DNA of 64,000 nt from Oceanispirochaeta sp. Lineage in GTDB: Bacteria; Spirochaetota; Spirochaetia; DSM-2461. Below, piece by piece: positions 8,771 through 18,223 of this stretch (positions within the stretch are counted from its first letter, which is position 1; each line of letters begins with the position of its first letter). The DNA lies in contig CAXXXD010000003.1 in assembly GCA_963663385.2 (NCBI GenBank), forward strand, positions 480,001 through 544,000. Direction: 5' to 3'. The translations under genes were made by a program, and so were the position numbers. A model generated the notes under the pieces. It searched no databases. It was not told where the DNA came from and saw only the letters and a list, made by a program, of their open reading frames with translations.

Positions 8771-10441
8771 ATGAATAGCAGACCCTGGGAGTTTCTGGAA
8801 GAGTACAGAGGGGATTTTTTTACAGGAGAATGGCCGACTCTGCCGGAAGTCCTTAAAATCACTGCAAACCGTTACCCCAAAAGGCGGTCTTTTACCTCAT
8901 ATGCACCGGACCTTCTGGAATTCAACTTTTCAGAGGTTCTGGAAAAATCCGAAATGCTGGGACAGTACCTGCACTCGCTTGGTGTAAAGAAGGGGGACAG
9001 AGTCGGAGTAACCGGCAAGAACTCTCCCGAATGGGCTCTCGGTTATCTGGGTGTGCTTTTTGCCGGAGGGACTGTCGTTCCTCTGGATTACGGTCTGAAA
9101 AGCAAAGAGATTAAGGGACTGATGGAAATCTCCGAAGTGGAGATCCTGTTCTGTGATGAAGAAAAATATGATTTTTTCAAGGAGCAGGGGCTCAGGAAAA
9201 TGATCAGTCTTTCTCCCCAAAAAGATAATTATATCCTGGATATCAAATGTGATGCCCAGGAAGAGATCGAACTGCCAAAGGAAGAGGATCTGGCTGCCAT
9301 TCTGTTTACTTCCGGAACGACCGGTGTGGCCAAGGGGGTAATGCTGACTCATCAGAATTTTGTCAGCGACGCCTATCAGGCTCAGGCGCATATGAATATC
9401 TTTCATACAGATGTATTTTATGCCCTCCTTCCTCTGCATCACTCCTATTCCATGCTTGCTGTATTCATTGAATCCCTGGCGGTTGGCGCTGAAGTCGTAT
9501 TTGCCAAACATCTTGCTATACAGCAGATCCTGAAGGATCTGAAACAGGGAAAAGTCACCATGTTTCTGGGAATCCCCATGTTGTTCAACAAACTGATTAA
9601 AGGGTTGATGAAGGGCGTTCGTGAGAAGGGGATTGTTGTTTACGGGCTGATTCGAACAATGATGTGGTTGAGCGGGATTATTAAAAAATACTTCCATGTG
9701 AATCCGGGAAAGAAAATGTTCAATGGCCTCCTGGCCAAACTTTCTCTGGATACGAACCGGATCTGTATCTGCGGAGGCGGACCTCTTCCGGCGTCCACTT
9801 TTAAAATGTTCAACCAGCTTGGTATTGATTTTGTACAGGGATACGGTTTGACCGAAACCTCTCCCATTGTCGCCCTGAATCCGAAGGAAGCCTATAAGGA
9901 ATCCTCTGTGGGAAAAATGATTCCCGGAACGGATACAAAAATTCTTGATCCTGATGAAAACGGCTGCGGCGAAATTGCCATACGGGGTTCCATGATTATG
10001 AAGGGGTATTACAGGAATGAGGAGGCCACCCGGGAAGTCCTTATGGATGACGGTTTTCTTAAAACCGGAGATGTGGGGTATCTGGACAGTGATAACTACC
10101 TCTATCTGACGGGAAGGGCCAAGTCCATGATTGTTACAGAGGGTGGGAAGAATGTTTTTCCCGAAGAAATTGAAGATAAATTTCAGCTTTTTGAAGAGGT
10201 GGAACAGATTCTGGTCAGAGGGTTCCTGCTGGATGAAAAAATGAAGGTAGAGGCTATTGAGGCGTTGATCTATCCCGGAGAAGATGGAAAGGGAACCAGT
10301 GAAGAGCGTTTTCAGGAGATCATCGATGAGGTAAACCATGAGCTGAAACCCTATCAGAAAATCAATCGTTTCAAGGTCCTGGACAAACCTATGGAAATGA
10401 CGACAACTAAGAAAATAAAACGTTTTGCAGTAGACAAATAA
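8771..10441 (+). CDS. Long-chain fatty acid--CoA ligase (AMP-binding enzyme)
   Basis: FTSGTTGVAKG, QGYGLTE, KTGDVG and GKNVFPEEIE motifs; AGGAGG RBS. Confidence 0.92.
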   Translation: MNSRPWEFLEEYRGDFFTGEWPTLPEVLKITANRYPKRRSFTSYAPDLLEFNFSEVLEKSEMLGQYLHSLGVKKGDRVGVTGKNSPEWALGYLGVLFAGGTVVPLDYGLKSKEIKGLMEISEVEILFCDEEKYDFFKEQGLRKMISLSPQKDNYILDIKCDAQEEIELPKEEDLAAILFTSGTTGVAKGVMLTHQNFVSDAYQAQAHMNIFHTDVFYALLPLHHSYSMLAVFIESLAVGAEVVFAKHLAIQQILKDLKQGKVTMFLGIPMLFNKLIKGLMKGVREKGIVVYGLIRTMMWLSGIIKKYFHVNPGKKMFNGLLAKLSLDTNRICICGGGPLPASTFKMFNQLGIDFVQGYGLTETSPIVALNPKEAYKESSVGKMIPGTDTKILDPDENGCGEIAIRGSMIMKGYYRNEEATREVLMDDGFLKTGDVGYLDSDNYLYLTGRAKSMIVTEGGKNVFPEEIEDKFQLFEEVEQILVRGFLLDEKMKVEAIEALIYPGEDGKGTSEERFQEIIDEVNHELKPYQKINRFKVLDKPMEMTTTKKIKRFAVDK

Positions 10442-10449
10442 GGATGTAA

Positions 10450-11232
10450 ATGAAACTGGAAATAAGCGATTCCGTCGAAGCTCTGATTCAACGGGTAGAA
10501 GAGGAAACTGGAAAACCGGTCCGTTGGATTCAGGCGGAGGGAATGCCCTCTATGGTAGAAGTCAGGCCCGCCAGAAAGGCGGATCCTGATCATCTGATCT
10601 ATATATCGAAAGAGTTTAAGGACCCGGAAGGACAGCATCTGATTGCCTGCAAGGGGTATCAGATTCTCCGTATTTTCCGGGAGGATGAAAAAGACCGGCT
10701 GGTTCCGTCTGCCGGGCAGGATCAGCTGAATAATGCCCGGATGCGGCTGGCTGTCGATACACAGGGCAGGCCTGATCTGGCGAAGGCCCTGAACGAAGAG
10801 GAAATTGTTAAAAGCTGGGTATTCGGCGTAGTCAATCAGCTATTGAGTCAGCCGGGGGATGTGTATATCCAGAAATCCGTCAGGGAGAATCACCCCGATC
10901 TGGTAGAGGCACAGGATTCTGTTCTGGAGCAACAGTTTTCGGATTTTATATCCGCAACGGGAGAGGAAGTAAAGCTGTTCAGCCCTAAAGTGATCTATGA
11001 TGCCTCCCTGATTATGAATGCGGTATATTTGAATCTTCTGGATCAGCAGTTGGGTACAGGGTTTATCGGACGGATAGAAAAACTGCCTTTAAGCCGTAAA
11101 ATCGGACGTCTGCTGGAGGCTTCTCTGGCTGTTCTGGAGGATTCCCCTGCAGGAGACCGGCGGATGATCGAAACCTGGGCGGAGTTTCTGGGTATCCGGG
11201 ACTGGTTTGAATGGATTCCTTTTGAATCATGA
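10450..11232 (+). CDS. Hypothetical protein, possibly degenerate zincin-like
   Basis: Operonic spacing, RBS, natural composition. Confidence 0.75.
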   Translation: MKLEISDSVEALIQRVEEETGKPVRWIQAEGMPSMVEVRPARKADPDHLIYISKEFKDPEGQHLIACKGYQILRIFREDEKDRLVPSAGQDQLNNARMRLAVDTQGRPDLAKALNEEEIVKSWVFGVVNQLLSQPGDVYIQKSVRENHPDLVEAQDSVLEQQFSDFISATGEEVKLFSPKVIYDASLIMNAVYLNLLDQQLGTGFIGRIEKLPLSRKIGRLLEASLAVLEDSPAGDRRMIETWAEFLGIRDWFEWIPFES

Positions 11233-12167
11233 GATACCTTGTCAGTGCCTGTTTAACCGGCCGATCCTGCCGGTATAATGGATCTCACTGTGTTCATCCC
11301 CTCTATAAGGAGATGCTGGAAAACGGAGAAGCGGTTCCTTTCTGTCCGGAAGTTCTGGGGGGACTGAGTATTCCCCGGGACCCGGCTGAAATACGGATGA
11401 TGGATGGAGAAAAGAAAGTTCTTACCGAAGCAGGACAGGATGTTACCGCAGCCTTCATAATCGGTGCGGATTTATCGGCCGGTCTGGCCGAACGGGAGGG
11501 GATTGCATGTGCTGTTTTAAAAAACGGCAGTCCCTCCTGCGGATTCGGAAAAATCTATGATGGAAATTTCAGGGGACAGCTTATCCCCGGACAGGGGATC
11601 TGTGCTGATATACTGGCTGAAAAAGGGCTCTTTCTGTTTAATGAAGAGAGTTTCGCAGCCAGTAGGGATGTAACACTTAAAAAACTGAGGGAAGATGATT
11701 TAAAAGAACTGATTCAGATATCCAGGGACGCTTTTCTTCAGGATTCCCGGGAAAATTCTCCCTATGGAGAGGGCGGACCGGAAGGGTATGACAGCATACC
11801 CTGGCACCGGGAAGCGGTCAGCCGCGGCAGGTTTTATACAATCCGTCTGAAGAATAAGATCGTGGGCGGGCTCTTTTACTCCCTGAAAACGGATCGTTCG
11901 GGTTGGGTCAACAGAATATTTGTAAAACCGGATTTTCAGGGACGGGGCATTGGCCGGCGTGTTTTCTTTCTGCTGGAGCAGAAGCATTCAAGAATTACCA
12001 GCTGGGGACTGGACACTCCTGTCTGGGCCGAGCATAATCAGAACTTCTATAAATCCATGGGGTATGAACCCGTCCGGGAAATCTTTTCAAGGGAAGCAGG
12101 GTACAACCTTGTTGTGCTTAAGAAAATCCGAATACAGGAGGCCGGAGTACGTCCGGTTCAGTTGTAG
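11229..12167 (+). CDS. DUF523 (2-thiouracil desulfidase TudS-like) domain fused to a GNAT acetyltransferase
   Basis: N-term VSACL..CRY, CPEVLGGL..PR and SPSCG; C-term VKPDFQGRGIG and NFYKSMGY. Confidence 0.85.
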   Translation: MRYLVSACLTGRSCRYNGSHCVHPLYKEMLENGEAVPFCPEVLGGLSIPRDPAEIRMMDGEKKVLTEAGQDVTAAFIIGADLSAGLAEREGIACAVLKNGSPSCGFGKIYDGNFRGQLIPGQGICADILAEKGLFLFNEESFAASRDVTLKKLREDDLKELIQISRDAFLQDSRENSPYGEGGPEGYDSIPWHREAVSRGRFYTIRLKNKIVGGLFYSLKTDRSGWVNRIFVKPDFQGRGIGRRVFFLLEQKHSRITSWGLDTPVWAEHNQNFYKSMGYEPVREIFSREAGYNLVVLKKIRIQEAGVRPVQL

Positions 12168-12722
12168 ATGCTGACAATTAAGGAATTGATCGTTGTGGAA
12201 GGGGCTGATGATGTAGCCGCTGTGAAAAAATCCGTACAGGCGGAGGTCCTGCCTGTACATGGTTTTGCCGTCCGGTCAAAAGATACTCTGGATAAGATAC
12301 GCTTTGCCAGTGAACGGGTCGGGGTAATTGTACTGACCGATCCCGATTACGCAGGCCGTCAGATCCGGGAGACAATTGAGAAAGCCGTACCCCAGGTGAA
12401 GCATGCCTATATATCCCGCAAAGAGGGAACAAAAGGGGATAACATCGGTGTGGAAAATGCCTCACCCGAAGCTATCTGCGCCGCCCTGGAAAAAGCCCGG
12501 TATAAGATGATGGAACAGCGGGAGGAGTTCTCCCTTCAGGATATGGACTACTACGGTCTCTCCGGCGATGCCGGTTCCCGGGACCTCAGACAGAGGCTGG
12601 GAGACCGGCTTCGGATCGGATACGGGAATGCAAAGCAGTTTCTGGCCCGGCTGAACCACTATGGTATCACCAGGCAGGAGCTGGAAGATATCCTTAAAGA
12701 ACTCGACCGGGAAGAGTCCTGA
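12168..12722 (+). CDS. rnmV: Ribonuclease M5 (TOPRIM)
   Basis: IVVEG.DD, LTDPDYAG, IGVENAS, IGYGNAKQFL.RLN. Confidence 0.93.
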   Translation: MLTIKELIVVEGADDVAAVKKSVQAEVLPVHGFAVRSKDTLDKIRFASERVGVIVLTDPDYAGRQIRETIEKAVPQVKHAYISRKEGTKGDNIGVENASPEAICAALEKARYKMMEQREEFSLQDMDYYGLSGDAGSRDLRQRLGDRLRIGYGNAKQFLARLNHYGITRQELEDILKELDREES

Positions 12723-12725
12723 ACT

Positions 12726-14249
12726 TTATTCCTGCCCCGGATGGGCGTTAATTCCGCTCTCTCTGAAATAACGGCGATGCAGGGAGAGCCTTTTCAGAAA
12801 ATCCTCATAATCTTTTTTTTCCGGGGGGAGCCAGAGAACTTCCGCCAGAGCGCAGACGCGGGGGAACATCATATATTCCAGCTGCTGCAGATCCGGTATG
12901 TACTCTGTCCATAACTGCCCCTGAGAACCCAGAACCCTTTCTGTTTTGTCGGGAGACAGTTCTTCCGGAACCGGTTCGTAGCTGTATACCTTTGAGAGAG
13001 GGGAGTATCCTCCTATCGCAAGGGGCTCATCCTCTTCGGGACGGGCCTGATAGTGATCAAAGTAGGTATGGGACTGGGGAGTCATAACAACATCGTGTTC
13101 CATTCCGGCTGCCTTGATCCCTCCTTCTTCTCCGCGCCAGCTCATGACGGCTGCATTATCCGCCAGACCTCCTTCGAGAATTTCATCCCAGCCGATAGTT
13201 CTCCTTCCTTCTGATGTAAGAAAACTATCCATCCGTCGGATAAACCAGCTCTGCAGCTCCTCTTCGTCCCCCAGATTCAGCTCAGCCATCCGCTCCTGTA
13301 TGCGGATACTGTTTTCCCACTGGTATTTCGGGACTTCATCGCCGCCAATGTGGATGAATTTCCCGGGGAAGACAGCCAGTATCTCTTCCAGCACATCCTG
13401 CATAAATGAGACTGTAGACTCTTCCGCATTCAGTATGTCCTGGCTGATTCCCCAGAGGGGGCGGACGGAAGGTGTATTGAATCCGCAGCCCAGCTGCGGA
13501 TAAGCGGCAATGGCCGCCTGCATATGGCCGGGCATATCTATTTCAGGCACAATTTCAATTTCCCGTTCCCGGGCATAGGCCACAAGATCCTTCATCTCTT
13601 CCTGTGTATAGAAGCCGCCGTACCTGTTTTCTTCATATTTACGGGGTGTTTTGCTGTAATGGCCCTTAAGGGTATGGCTTCTGAAAGCGCCTGTCCGGGT
13701 CAGTTCAGGATACTTTTTTATTTCAATCCTCCACCCCTGATCATCTGTGAGGTGAAGGTGAAGCCGGTTGAAACGGTAGAGGGCAAGGTGACTGATAAAT
13801 CTCTTGATCTGTTCTGCTGAAAAGAAGTGACGGGATACATCCAGGTGCATGCCGCGCCAGCGGAAACGGGGGGAATCGCTGATCCGGCAGCAGGGGATTT
13901 CTGTACTGTCTGCGTTGATCAGCATCTGCCGGAAGGCTTGAACCCCTCTGGCCAGCCCTTCCTTTGTCACTCCCCTGATTTCTATGGATTCCCGGCTTAC
14001 GGCAATTGTGTACGCTTCTTCGGAAAATCCCGCTTCATCGTATACCGACTCTTTTTCTGTTATAAGACTGATAATCCGGGAGGATGTCTCATCGGGGGAT
14101 AGACCGAGTTCCTTTAGGTACTGCCTCAATAATCCACTCTGTTGAAAGGACAGTTTATCTGCTTTAAGAATAAATCCACTATCTAACGGGAAGGTACCCT
14201 CTTTTTTTTCGTACTCCCTGCACTGTGGAATCAGACCAGTTACTGACAT
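12726..14249 (-). CDS. Beta-N-acetylhexosaminidase (GH20)
   Basis: RGMHLDVSRHF, HLTDDQGWR, EIDMPGH, HIGGDE, WTEY. Confidence 0.95.
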   Translation of the reverse strand: MSVTGLIPQCREYEKKEGTFPLDSGFILKADKLSFQQSGLLRQYLKELGLSPDETSSRIISLITEKESVYDEAGFSEEAYTIAVSRESIEIRGVTKEGLARGVQAFRQMLINADSTEIPCCRISDSPRFRWRGMHLDVSRHFFSAEQIKRFISHLALYRFNRLHLHLTDDQGWRIEIKKYPELTRTGAFRSHTLKGHYSKTPRKYEENRYGGFYTQEEMKDLVAYAREREIEIVPEIDMPGHMQAAIAAYPQLGCGFNTPSVRPLWGISQDILNAEESTVSFMQDVLEEILAVFPGKFIHIGGDEVPKYQWENSIRIQERMAELNLGDEEELQSWFIRRMDSFLTSEGRRTIGWDEILEGGLADNAAVMSWRGEEGGIKAAGMEHDVVMTPQSHTYFDHYQARPEEDEPLAIGGYSPLSKVYSYEPVPEELSPDKTERVLGSQGQLWTEYIPDLQQLEYMMFPRVCALAEVLWLPPEKKDYEDFLKRLSLHRRYFRESGINAHPGQE

Positions 14250-14378
14250 ATTCTCTGCCTCCTTCGTATATTAAAGAATCTTTTATCCCATTCCGGAATG
14301 GAACAAAACACAGAAAAGATGTCAATAAACACAATTGCAATTTCTTTTTTAAGCATTACAGCTGTATAATATGGATTT

Positions 14379-15242
14379 ATGATAGAAGAAAGAACAGAAA
14401 ATAATCTGATTGATCTGCCCCCCTTTCCCGGGGAGCGGGAGATACACCGCAAGGCGGGTTTCCGGATAAGCTCTTTTCAAAGGGCTTCCTGCTATCCCGC
14501 TCTTATAAAGCCTTATAAAAGGATCTTCCGCTTTTATTCCCTTTCTCATCTGATTGAAGGGGAGGGATGGTTCTGGACTCCCGGAGGAGGCAGGCGAAAG
14601 TTTACTGCCGGGCAGGGGGTTCTGATTGCCCCCGGAGATATTCACTGCTACGGAGGAGACGGAACGGAGTATGTGGAGGATTCTCTGTGCTTCAACGGCG
14701 CTATGACCAGCTTTCTCCGGGAAACAGGGATACTCAGGACGGATCTTCTGAATATCGGTCTGGACCGGCGTCTGCTGCCGATTATGGATCTGGCCGGGGA
14801 TCCGTCGGATGACGGGCAGTTAAAGGCCAATTCAGAGTGTATCAGTCTGCTTACAGATCTCTATCTGGAAAACCGGAGGTTCGGTCAGGTTCTCAGTCAT
14901 GAGGACTCTTTAAACAGGCTGATCCGGGACCTTCAGAAAAATCCGGGGTATTGGCGCAGCGTGGAAGAGATGGCTGAATACTGCAGCATCAGCAAGAACT
15001 ATTTCAGAACTCTCTTTCGGAACAAAACCGGACGTTCTCCCCGTGAATATCAGGAAGAACTGCGGATCAACCGGGCGCTGGAGCAGATTGTACTGGCTGG
15101 ATCAAGCATTACGGCTATAGCCGGATCTCTGGGTTACAGGGATGTGTATCACTTCAGCAAGGTATTCAGGAAAAATACCGGTATGAGTCCGCGGTCCTAC
15201 AGACAGCAGCACAGTATCTCCCATAAAACTTCTTCTCTATAA
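14379..15242 (+). CDS. AraC family transcriptional regulator
   Basis: Cupin-like N-term; C-term GY.DVYHFSKVFRKNTGMSP; divergent from the GH20 gene. Confidence 0.92.
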   Translation: MIEERTENNLIDLPPFPGEREIHRKAGFRISSFQRASCYPALIKPYKRIFRFYSLSHLIEGEGWFWTPGGGRRKFTAGQGVLIAPGDIHCYGGDGTEYVEDSLCFNGAMTSFLRETGILRTDLLNIGLDRRLLPIMDLAGDPSDDGQLKANSECISLLTDLYLENRRFGQVLSHEDSLNRLIRDLQKNPGYWRSVEEMAEYCSISKNYFRTLFRNKTGRSPREYQEELRINRALEQIVLAGSSITAIAGSLGYRDVYHFSKVFRKNTGMSPRSYRQQHSISHKTSSL

Positions 15243-16457
15243 TGGGTCATTGATCCCGGATTTTGCATTGCCGGGAGGCAGAGTCCTTTCCCTGCCGATC
15301 TTGAGATCAATACAAATCGATATTGTCAGCAGGATAAACAGGAGCGGTATTACTCCAAAGGAGGCCCGCAGACCCCAGCGGTCACCAATCCATCCCATAA
15401 TCCAGCTTGTCAGGGCGAATCCGGGAATCCCCATGGCCGAAAGCAGAATAAACAGCATGGTGGATTCACCTTTAATTCTGTCTGCGGCATAGGACTGGAT
15501 ACTGGGCCAGAAACAGGCACAGGCCAGACCGGCCAGGAAGAGCAGAGGAAAGAGGGTCGTAAGGGAGTTAATACGGAAGAAGCCCAGACTGAATATCAAG
15601 CCGGCCAGAGCGGATATGAGGATCTGTTTATGCAGATTCTTCTGTTTAACCGATCCTCCGGCAATACGTCCTGTAATCATACCGCCTGCAAAGATGGCCG
15701 TACCGATGGCTCCGGCACGTGGTGCTGTACCGTAGTATATCTGTATATAACTGGCGCTCCAGAAGGTATAAGCTGCTTCCGCTCCGCCTCCGCAAACCAT
15801 AGCCAGTCCAAACACCCAGAAGTGTCTGTCTTTTAGAATATCCCTGGTATGATGGAGGGGATTCCCCTTGGGCGCAGGCGGGATCTGTCCGCTGCGATGG
15901 GCCTTAATACTGCTTCCCAGAAAAAACAGGGTAAAGAATAAACTGGTCAGGCTCAGTCCTATAAAGATATTCCGCCAGGAGACCTCCCATGTCAGAAGTT
16001 CTCCCACTATCAGTACGGTTGTTAAAACGCCCACTGAGAAAAACGCATTCACCACATTCAGATAGCCTCCGGAATCTTCCGGATGAAGATCCTGTACAAG
16101 GGGATTGATCAGGGCTTCAATTAATCCGCCTCCCAGTCCGACAAGGACCATGGCAAAAAGGATAAACAGGTAGGACGGCGCCAGGCTGTAGCAGAGTAGG
16201 CCTGCTGTCAGGGTTATTCCTCCCATATAGAGTACAAACGTTTTCCCCCAGCGCACTGCCGCCATCCCGCTGAAGAGCAGAATAGCCACCAGAAGGATGG
16301 CCCTGACCGCTTCTATAGTCCCCCCCTCGGTCAGATTGAGGTCCATTTCCCGGGAAAGAACCATCAGGCAGATGGGGGTGGCTACGGCGCTGGCTGCGTA
16401 AGTAATCAGGTAGGCGGAAGAGGCCCAGTCCATGGTAGTCATTTTTATCTTATTCAT
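15237..16457 (-). CDS. MFS transporter (FucP-like sugar/acid permease)
   Basis: About 12 TM segments; ATG 16457 follows TTGCAA-N17-TACAAT. Confidence 0.85.
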   Translation of the reverse strand: MNKIKMTTMDWASSAYLITYAASAVATPICLMVLSREMDLNLTEGGTIEAVRAILLVAILLFSGMAAVRWGKTFVLYMGGITLTAGLLCYSLAPSYLFILFAMVLVGLGGGLIEALINPLVQDLHPEDSGGYLNVVNAFFSVGVLTTVLIVGELLTWEVSWRNIFIGLSLTSLFFTLFFLGSSIKAHRSGQIPPAPKGNPLHHTRDILKDRHFWVFGLAMVCGGGAEAAYTFWSASYIQIYYGTAPRAGAIGTAIFAGGMITGRIAGGSVKQKNLHKQILISALAGLIFSLGFFRINSLTTLFPLLFLAGLACACFWPSIQSYAADRIKGESTMLFILLSAMGIPGFALTSWIMGWIGDRWGLRASFGVIPLLFILLTISICIDLKIGRERTLPPGNAKSGINDPL

Positions 16458-16520
16458 GAGGGTGATTGTAGAGCAGGCCCGGGAGGATTGCAAGAACAGA
16501 GTATTATTACCAGGGTTTTG

Positions 16521-17153
16521 CTACTTTTTGAAGTCGTGCATAATATGGGTGTTGAGAATGGATTCTATGAGGTTTTCTTCTCCATTTTCCATGGCTGAAA
16601 TCAGAACACTATGCTGTTTGATATACTCCTTCAGGGATTCGGATTCCAGTTTCTGATTAAGCCGGAGCAGCTGAATCCGGGCGTCCAGTTTTTCGAAAAT
16701 TTCAAAAAGACAGGTGTTGCCGCAGTTCTCTGCGATTTTTAGATGAAAGAGGCTGTCCATTTCGAAGGAACCGGCTTTGTCCTCTTTGGCATTTAAATCC
16801 AGACATTGATCGGAAATAGCCCTCAGTTCATCATAATATTCCCGGGCCGCATTACGGCTGAAAAGCTTTGCCGAAAGAATTTCCAGGTTGGTCCTGACTT
16901 CTCCGATCTCATGGGCTTCCTTTTCACTGATGATTACAACTTCCGCATAGCTGCGGGGTTTCAGGTATATCAGCCCGTAATCGCTCAACTTTTTAAGAGC
17001 TTCCCTGAGGGGGGTCCGACTGACACCGAAGAGTTTGCTCAGGGATGCTTCGGGGACCCGTTCTCCTCCTTTCAACTCTCCCGATAGAATCATGCGTTTA
17101 ATGTGGTCATACACCTGATCGGACAGGCTCTTTCTTGTGATTAATTCTTCCAT
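16521..17153 (-). CDS. GntR family (FCD) transcriptional regulator
   Basis: SLSDQVY..IKRMILSG, GVSRTPLREAL, D..FH. Confidence 0.93.
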   Translation of the reverse strand: MEELITRKSLSDQVYDHIKRMILSGELKGGERVPEASLSKLFGVSRTPLREALKKLSDYGLIYLKPRSYAEVVIISEKEAHEIGEVRTNLEILSAKLFSRNAAREYYDELRAISDQCLDLNAKEDKAGSFEMDSLFHLKIAENCGNTCLFEIFEKLDARIQLLRLNQKLESESLKEYIKQHSVLISAMENGEENLIESILNTHIMHDFKK

Positions 17154-17157
17154 GTTA

Positions 17158-17187
17158 TTATTGTATACAATAAACCATTATTGTCAA
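17158..17187 (-). promoter_or_regulatory. gntR promoter overlapped by a 16-bp palindromic operator
   Basis: TTGACA (17187-17182)-N16-TACAAT (17165-17160); palindrome TTATTGTATACAATAA at 17158-17173. Confidence 0.75.
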
Positions 17188-17257
17188 TAATGATTTGTGT
17201 TTCTCCATGGGGAGCCCCCCCGATCAGGAGGCTCATGTAATATTTAATATCAATTGC

Positions 17258-18208
17258 TTATTTGGAAGCGGTATATATATCTTCGAACTTCTGCATATAT
17301 GCTTTGGCTTCAGGGGCTGCCAGGTGATTGGGAACAAGGAGAAACTTATTGATATATCCCTCTTTCCATTTGCCGGAAGCTGCAACCTTGGCAAATACGT
17401 CAGACCAGAAATCCACAGCTGCCTGGGGCATATCGGCAGGACCTACTATTCCCCTGTAGATCTGGAACTCTATATTGTATCCCAGTTCTCCGAAGGTTGG
17501 AGCATCAAAGGGGGCGGCAAAGCGGGAAGCGCTTGCTGTTACAACAGGAACCAGTTCTCCGCTGGCAACAAGGTCGAAAGAAGCGGCGGGTTTGGCGATT
17601 GCCAGGTCAATATGAGCTCCCAGAAGCTGGGTCAGGGCTTCTCCGGTCGAGTCTGATCTCAGGTATTCCAGATCACCGCCGATTTCAGAAACCATGGCAT
17701 TATAAATCGCCTCATCGTCAGATTTGGAACCTCCGATGATAAATCTCTTTCCGCCTTTGATGGCTGTGATAATCTCTTCCATGGATTTGTAGGGAGAGTC
17801 ATGGTTTACCAGGAGGATCTGCCCGTCCAGTGCCATTACAGCCAGGGGAGTCAGGCCGTCCAGGTCTCCGCCTTCCATTTTTACGAGGGGTTCCAGGTCA
17901 CCTGAATTGAAGGTCAGAAGAGTATGGGATTCATTTTTCATCATACTCACAGCTCTTCTACCCACGGCTCCGCCGCCATCGGTTTTATAGTTGATGATAA
18001 TATCCTTGTCTACAAGGTTTTCTTCATTAATGATTTCTACAATAGTCTGTGTAAAAATAGAGGATCCGCCTCCGGCACTGGATGTTACTACCCATTCAAC
18101 ACCTTTGGTGGGACTCCAGGGGCCATCGGAAGATTCCTTTTGACCTTCAGCAAAAACAGCTGAAGCAAGGAAAGCGGTCATAAGCAGAATAGTCATAATT
18201 TTTTTCAT
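17258..18208 (-). CDS. tctC: Tripartite tricarboxylate transporter substrate-binding protein (TctC/Bug)
   Basis: Signal peptide, SAGGGS, GGGAVG, PTFGELGY, RGIVGP. Confidence 0.9.
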   Translation of the reverse strand: MKKIMTILLMTAFLASAVFAEGQKESSDGPWSPTKGVEWVVTSSAGGGSSIFTQTIVEIINEENLVDKDIIINYKTDGGGAVGRRAVSMMKNESHTLLTFNSGDLEPLVKMEGGDLDGLTPLAVMALDGQILLVNHDSPYKSMEEIITAIKGGKRFIIGGSKSDDEAIYNAMVSEIGGDLEYLRSDSTGEALTQLLGAHIDLAIAKPAASFDLVASGELVPVVTASASRFAAPFDAPTFGELGYNIEFQIYRGIVGPADMPQAAVDFWSDVFAKVAASGKWKEGYINKFLLVPNHLAAPEAKAYMQKFEDIYTASK

Positions 18209-18223
18209 TTTAAGCTCCTTTCA

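Noticed and set aside
8930..10339. 469-aa antisense ORF (also 305..967, 20791..21594, 26306..27319, 45900..46742 and many shorter ones)
   Set aside because: They lie opposite well-supported genes and have no recognisable motifs; typical shadow ORFs
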